A DNA stretch of 64,000 nt from Mytilus edulis (Eukaryota). Below the pieces are notes generated by a model. The model was not told the DNA's origin and made no database searches. It worked only from the letters and a program-made list of their open reading frames with translations. The translations under genes and the position numbers were made by a program. The stretch spans positions 66,216,001-66,280,000 of the forward strand of contig NC_092356.1 of assembly GCF_963676685.1 (NCBI RefSeq), written 5' to 3'. Below are positions 62,069 through 64,000 of this stretch, one piece after another. Numbering within the stretch: position 1 is the stretch's first letter; each line of letters starts with the position of its first letter.

Positions 62069-62473
62069 GTGTATTATAGCTTGGGCGTGTGGAAATTATT
62101 CCGCCGCTTACAATGAAATAAATGATCAAAGTTGCGTCTGCTCGTAACTGCATAAGCGTGTGGGATTTTCACTGCCGCTAATTCATAAGTATCCAGAGAT
62201 AAAGTTTGCGTAACAAAGTAATGTAAGAAAAAGAAAAGAAAAGAATCACCAGCATCATCTCTGTTGCACCTGATATTTGTGTGAGGGTTATCTCGCCGTC
62301 ATTCGTATTCTTGTATAGATGTCCAACAATTTGATAAACTTTGTAGTGTTAATTGAAGCACTTTATTTGTTAATCGTTTGTTCAAATTTATTGCATTTCA
62401 TTATATTTTTGGTTGACTTGGAATAGCCCATTTTTTTTAATAAGTGTGCATAAATTCATTCAAGATTTGCATA

Positions 62474-62830
62474 TCAGTTTTCACTATTTGCACATAACTG
62501 ATTTTCATCAAATTTGTTCATGATAACGGAAATCATTTGATAGCGTGTACATTTGATACAGTAGAATGAATGTTCATGTGGAATATTGTCAGTAGCGGTG
62601 TGATAGAAATCATAAATTGCCGTTTCAAGAGGTGTTGCTTTTCTGAAACATGTTTCATTAACTATAAATACGGATCCACGAGTCTGTGAGAGAGAGTAGG
62701 GGGGTGGGGGTATGAGAGTGCGAGAGAAACAGTTATGGTGGATGAAACCTATTGTGGAAAGCTCATTTTCAATAAGAGGTAGCGGTCTCTGTTGGTTCCT
62801 TATCGATGTATAATAAACAGCTACAGTCAT
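62474..62830 (-). CDS. Antisense ORF of unknown function between pol and the 3' LTR (118 aa)
   Basis: ATG-initiated and uninterrupted, inside the element, with no overlapping sense ORF to explain it. Confidence 0.5.
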   Translation of the reverse strand: MTVAVYYTSIRNQQRPLPLIENELSTIGFIHHNCFSRTLIPPPPYSLSQTRGSVFIVNETCFRKATPLETAIYDFYHTATDNIPHEHSFYCIKCTRYQMISVIMNKFDENQLCANSEN

Positions 62831-63088
62831 GACAACATTGTTTCACTTATATATATATGCTATTTTACAAATAATTGTATTGTGGTTTCATAACGTTATC
62901 GAATTTTACTAGAGCATATGGAGTAAGATGTGAGATTGTAGAGCTAAGAGTTGAAACGTATTTCAATAAGATTTTTGCATATGGAGTCGTATTGTACTGG
63001 AGATTGTTTTTTTATAAATTGATATTTACATAGTATTATGGTTTGAACTGAATTCAACCTGTGGAAAAAAAATTATCCAAATTTTTGC

Positions 63089-63100
63089 TAAGCGGGGGGA
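63089..63100 (+). promoter_or_regulatory. Polypurine tract
   Basis: aagcgggggga directly before the 3' LTR. Confidence 0.85.
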
Positions 63101-63281
63101 TGTTATGTATTAGGGTTTAATTCTGTTCGAGGTCGGGGCTATTCCAGGTAAGGGTGTAAGGTCAGACCCGTAATGCTGTTTTTGATGTCTTTAGTATGAA
63201 CGTGCTTATGGAGAATAAAGACGTGTTTGTAATGATGTCTTGTCTATTTATTTAGTCCCCGTAAAAGGCAAGAACATCTCA
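63101..63281 (+). repeat. 3' LTR
   Basis: 180/181 identical to the 5' LTR; followed by the TSD CTAT. Confidence 0.97.
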
Positions 63282-64000
63282 CTATGTTTTTCCCATATTA
63301 ACTGTGTTGCACAATATGACAACCAACCTGAGCATTAGTAGAGTTGTTTATTTAATATTTAGTTTTTTTATGTTCAAAACCGGCATGGAAGAGACCCTAA
63401 TTGCATTAATTGCCAAATGATTATGATAGAATATGTTCCACATCTTTGATTTTGGATACATTTTGAAACTAGGAGAGGAACCATAATGGGTTCATTTTTT
63501 CATGATGTGATTTTTTTTATATGGGAGATGGTATCCGAGAACATGTATTTGCTTACTATTTGTATGGTTCTATTTATATTACTTTGAGGAGGATCATCAT
63601 GATCATAAGTAAAAGATTTCGTTTTAATGTCGAAATTGTTTCTCAGATTAGAAGACATTTTCTTGTTTTAGGAATTAATATACTCAGTTTAGAAGACATT
63701 AGTAATGACAATGCCTGACATGATGCTTGGGGCTAGATGAGCTAGAGAGTAAACTTCTGTTTTATTTTATATTAATTATATGAAAGTATTTCCTCCAAAG
63801 CAGGTCAAATAAAAAAAAATTGGCTAGTATGAAAATGATATCATCAAAAGAACCTTTGTGAGCATGCAGTTGTTAATGTCTGTGTCATTTTGGTCTGTTG
63901 TGGATAGTTGTCTCATTGGCAATCATACCACATCTACTTTTTTATATTCAAAGACTCATAAAAATATAACTGCTACAGAAGTCATCTCATAAAATTTCAA

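Larger units (their letters stand above)
54600..63281 (+). mobile_element. Full-length Ty3/Gypsy LTR retrotransposon with extra ORFs
   Basis: 181-bp LTRs with TG..CA ends; CTAT TSD (54596-99 and 63282-85); PBS; PPT; gag; pol in PR-RT-RH-IN order. Confidence 0.97.

Overview
AT-rich, repeat-dense eukaryotic genomic DNA. The repeat families suggest a bivalve mollusc, probably Mytilus (inference). One host gene is visible on the + strand: a RING-less TRIM-like gene. Its first coding exon (6834-7636) has two B-boxes and a coiled coil, followed by at least seven short, duplicated, phase-2/phase-2 coiled-coil exons spread to ~47.2 kb. The introns are full of mobile elements. (1) A Penelope-like retroelement with an N-terminal GIY-YIG (Naiad type) has four in-frame TGA codons at Cys-motif positions and a SECIS-shaped hairpin downstream, so it looks like a selenoprotein-encoding transposon. 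(2) Two families of minimal-hammerhead repeats resemble retrozymes. (3) There are also several TIR, Helentron-like and SINE elements plus LINE fragments. The right end holds a non-autonomous LTR element with TATAAC..GTTATA termini (50738-54090). Next to it is a young, full-length Ty3/Gypsy element (54600-63281; LTRs 180/181 identical; 4-bp TSD). That element carries an unexpected SGNH/GDSL-hydrolase ORF upstream of gag, a -1 frameshift signal, a chromodomain-like integrase tail, six related stem-loops flanking gag-pol, and an antisense 3' ORF. All calls come from reading the sequence by eye; no database searches were run.
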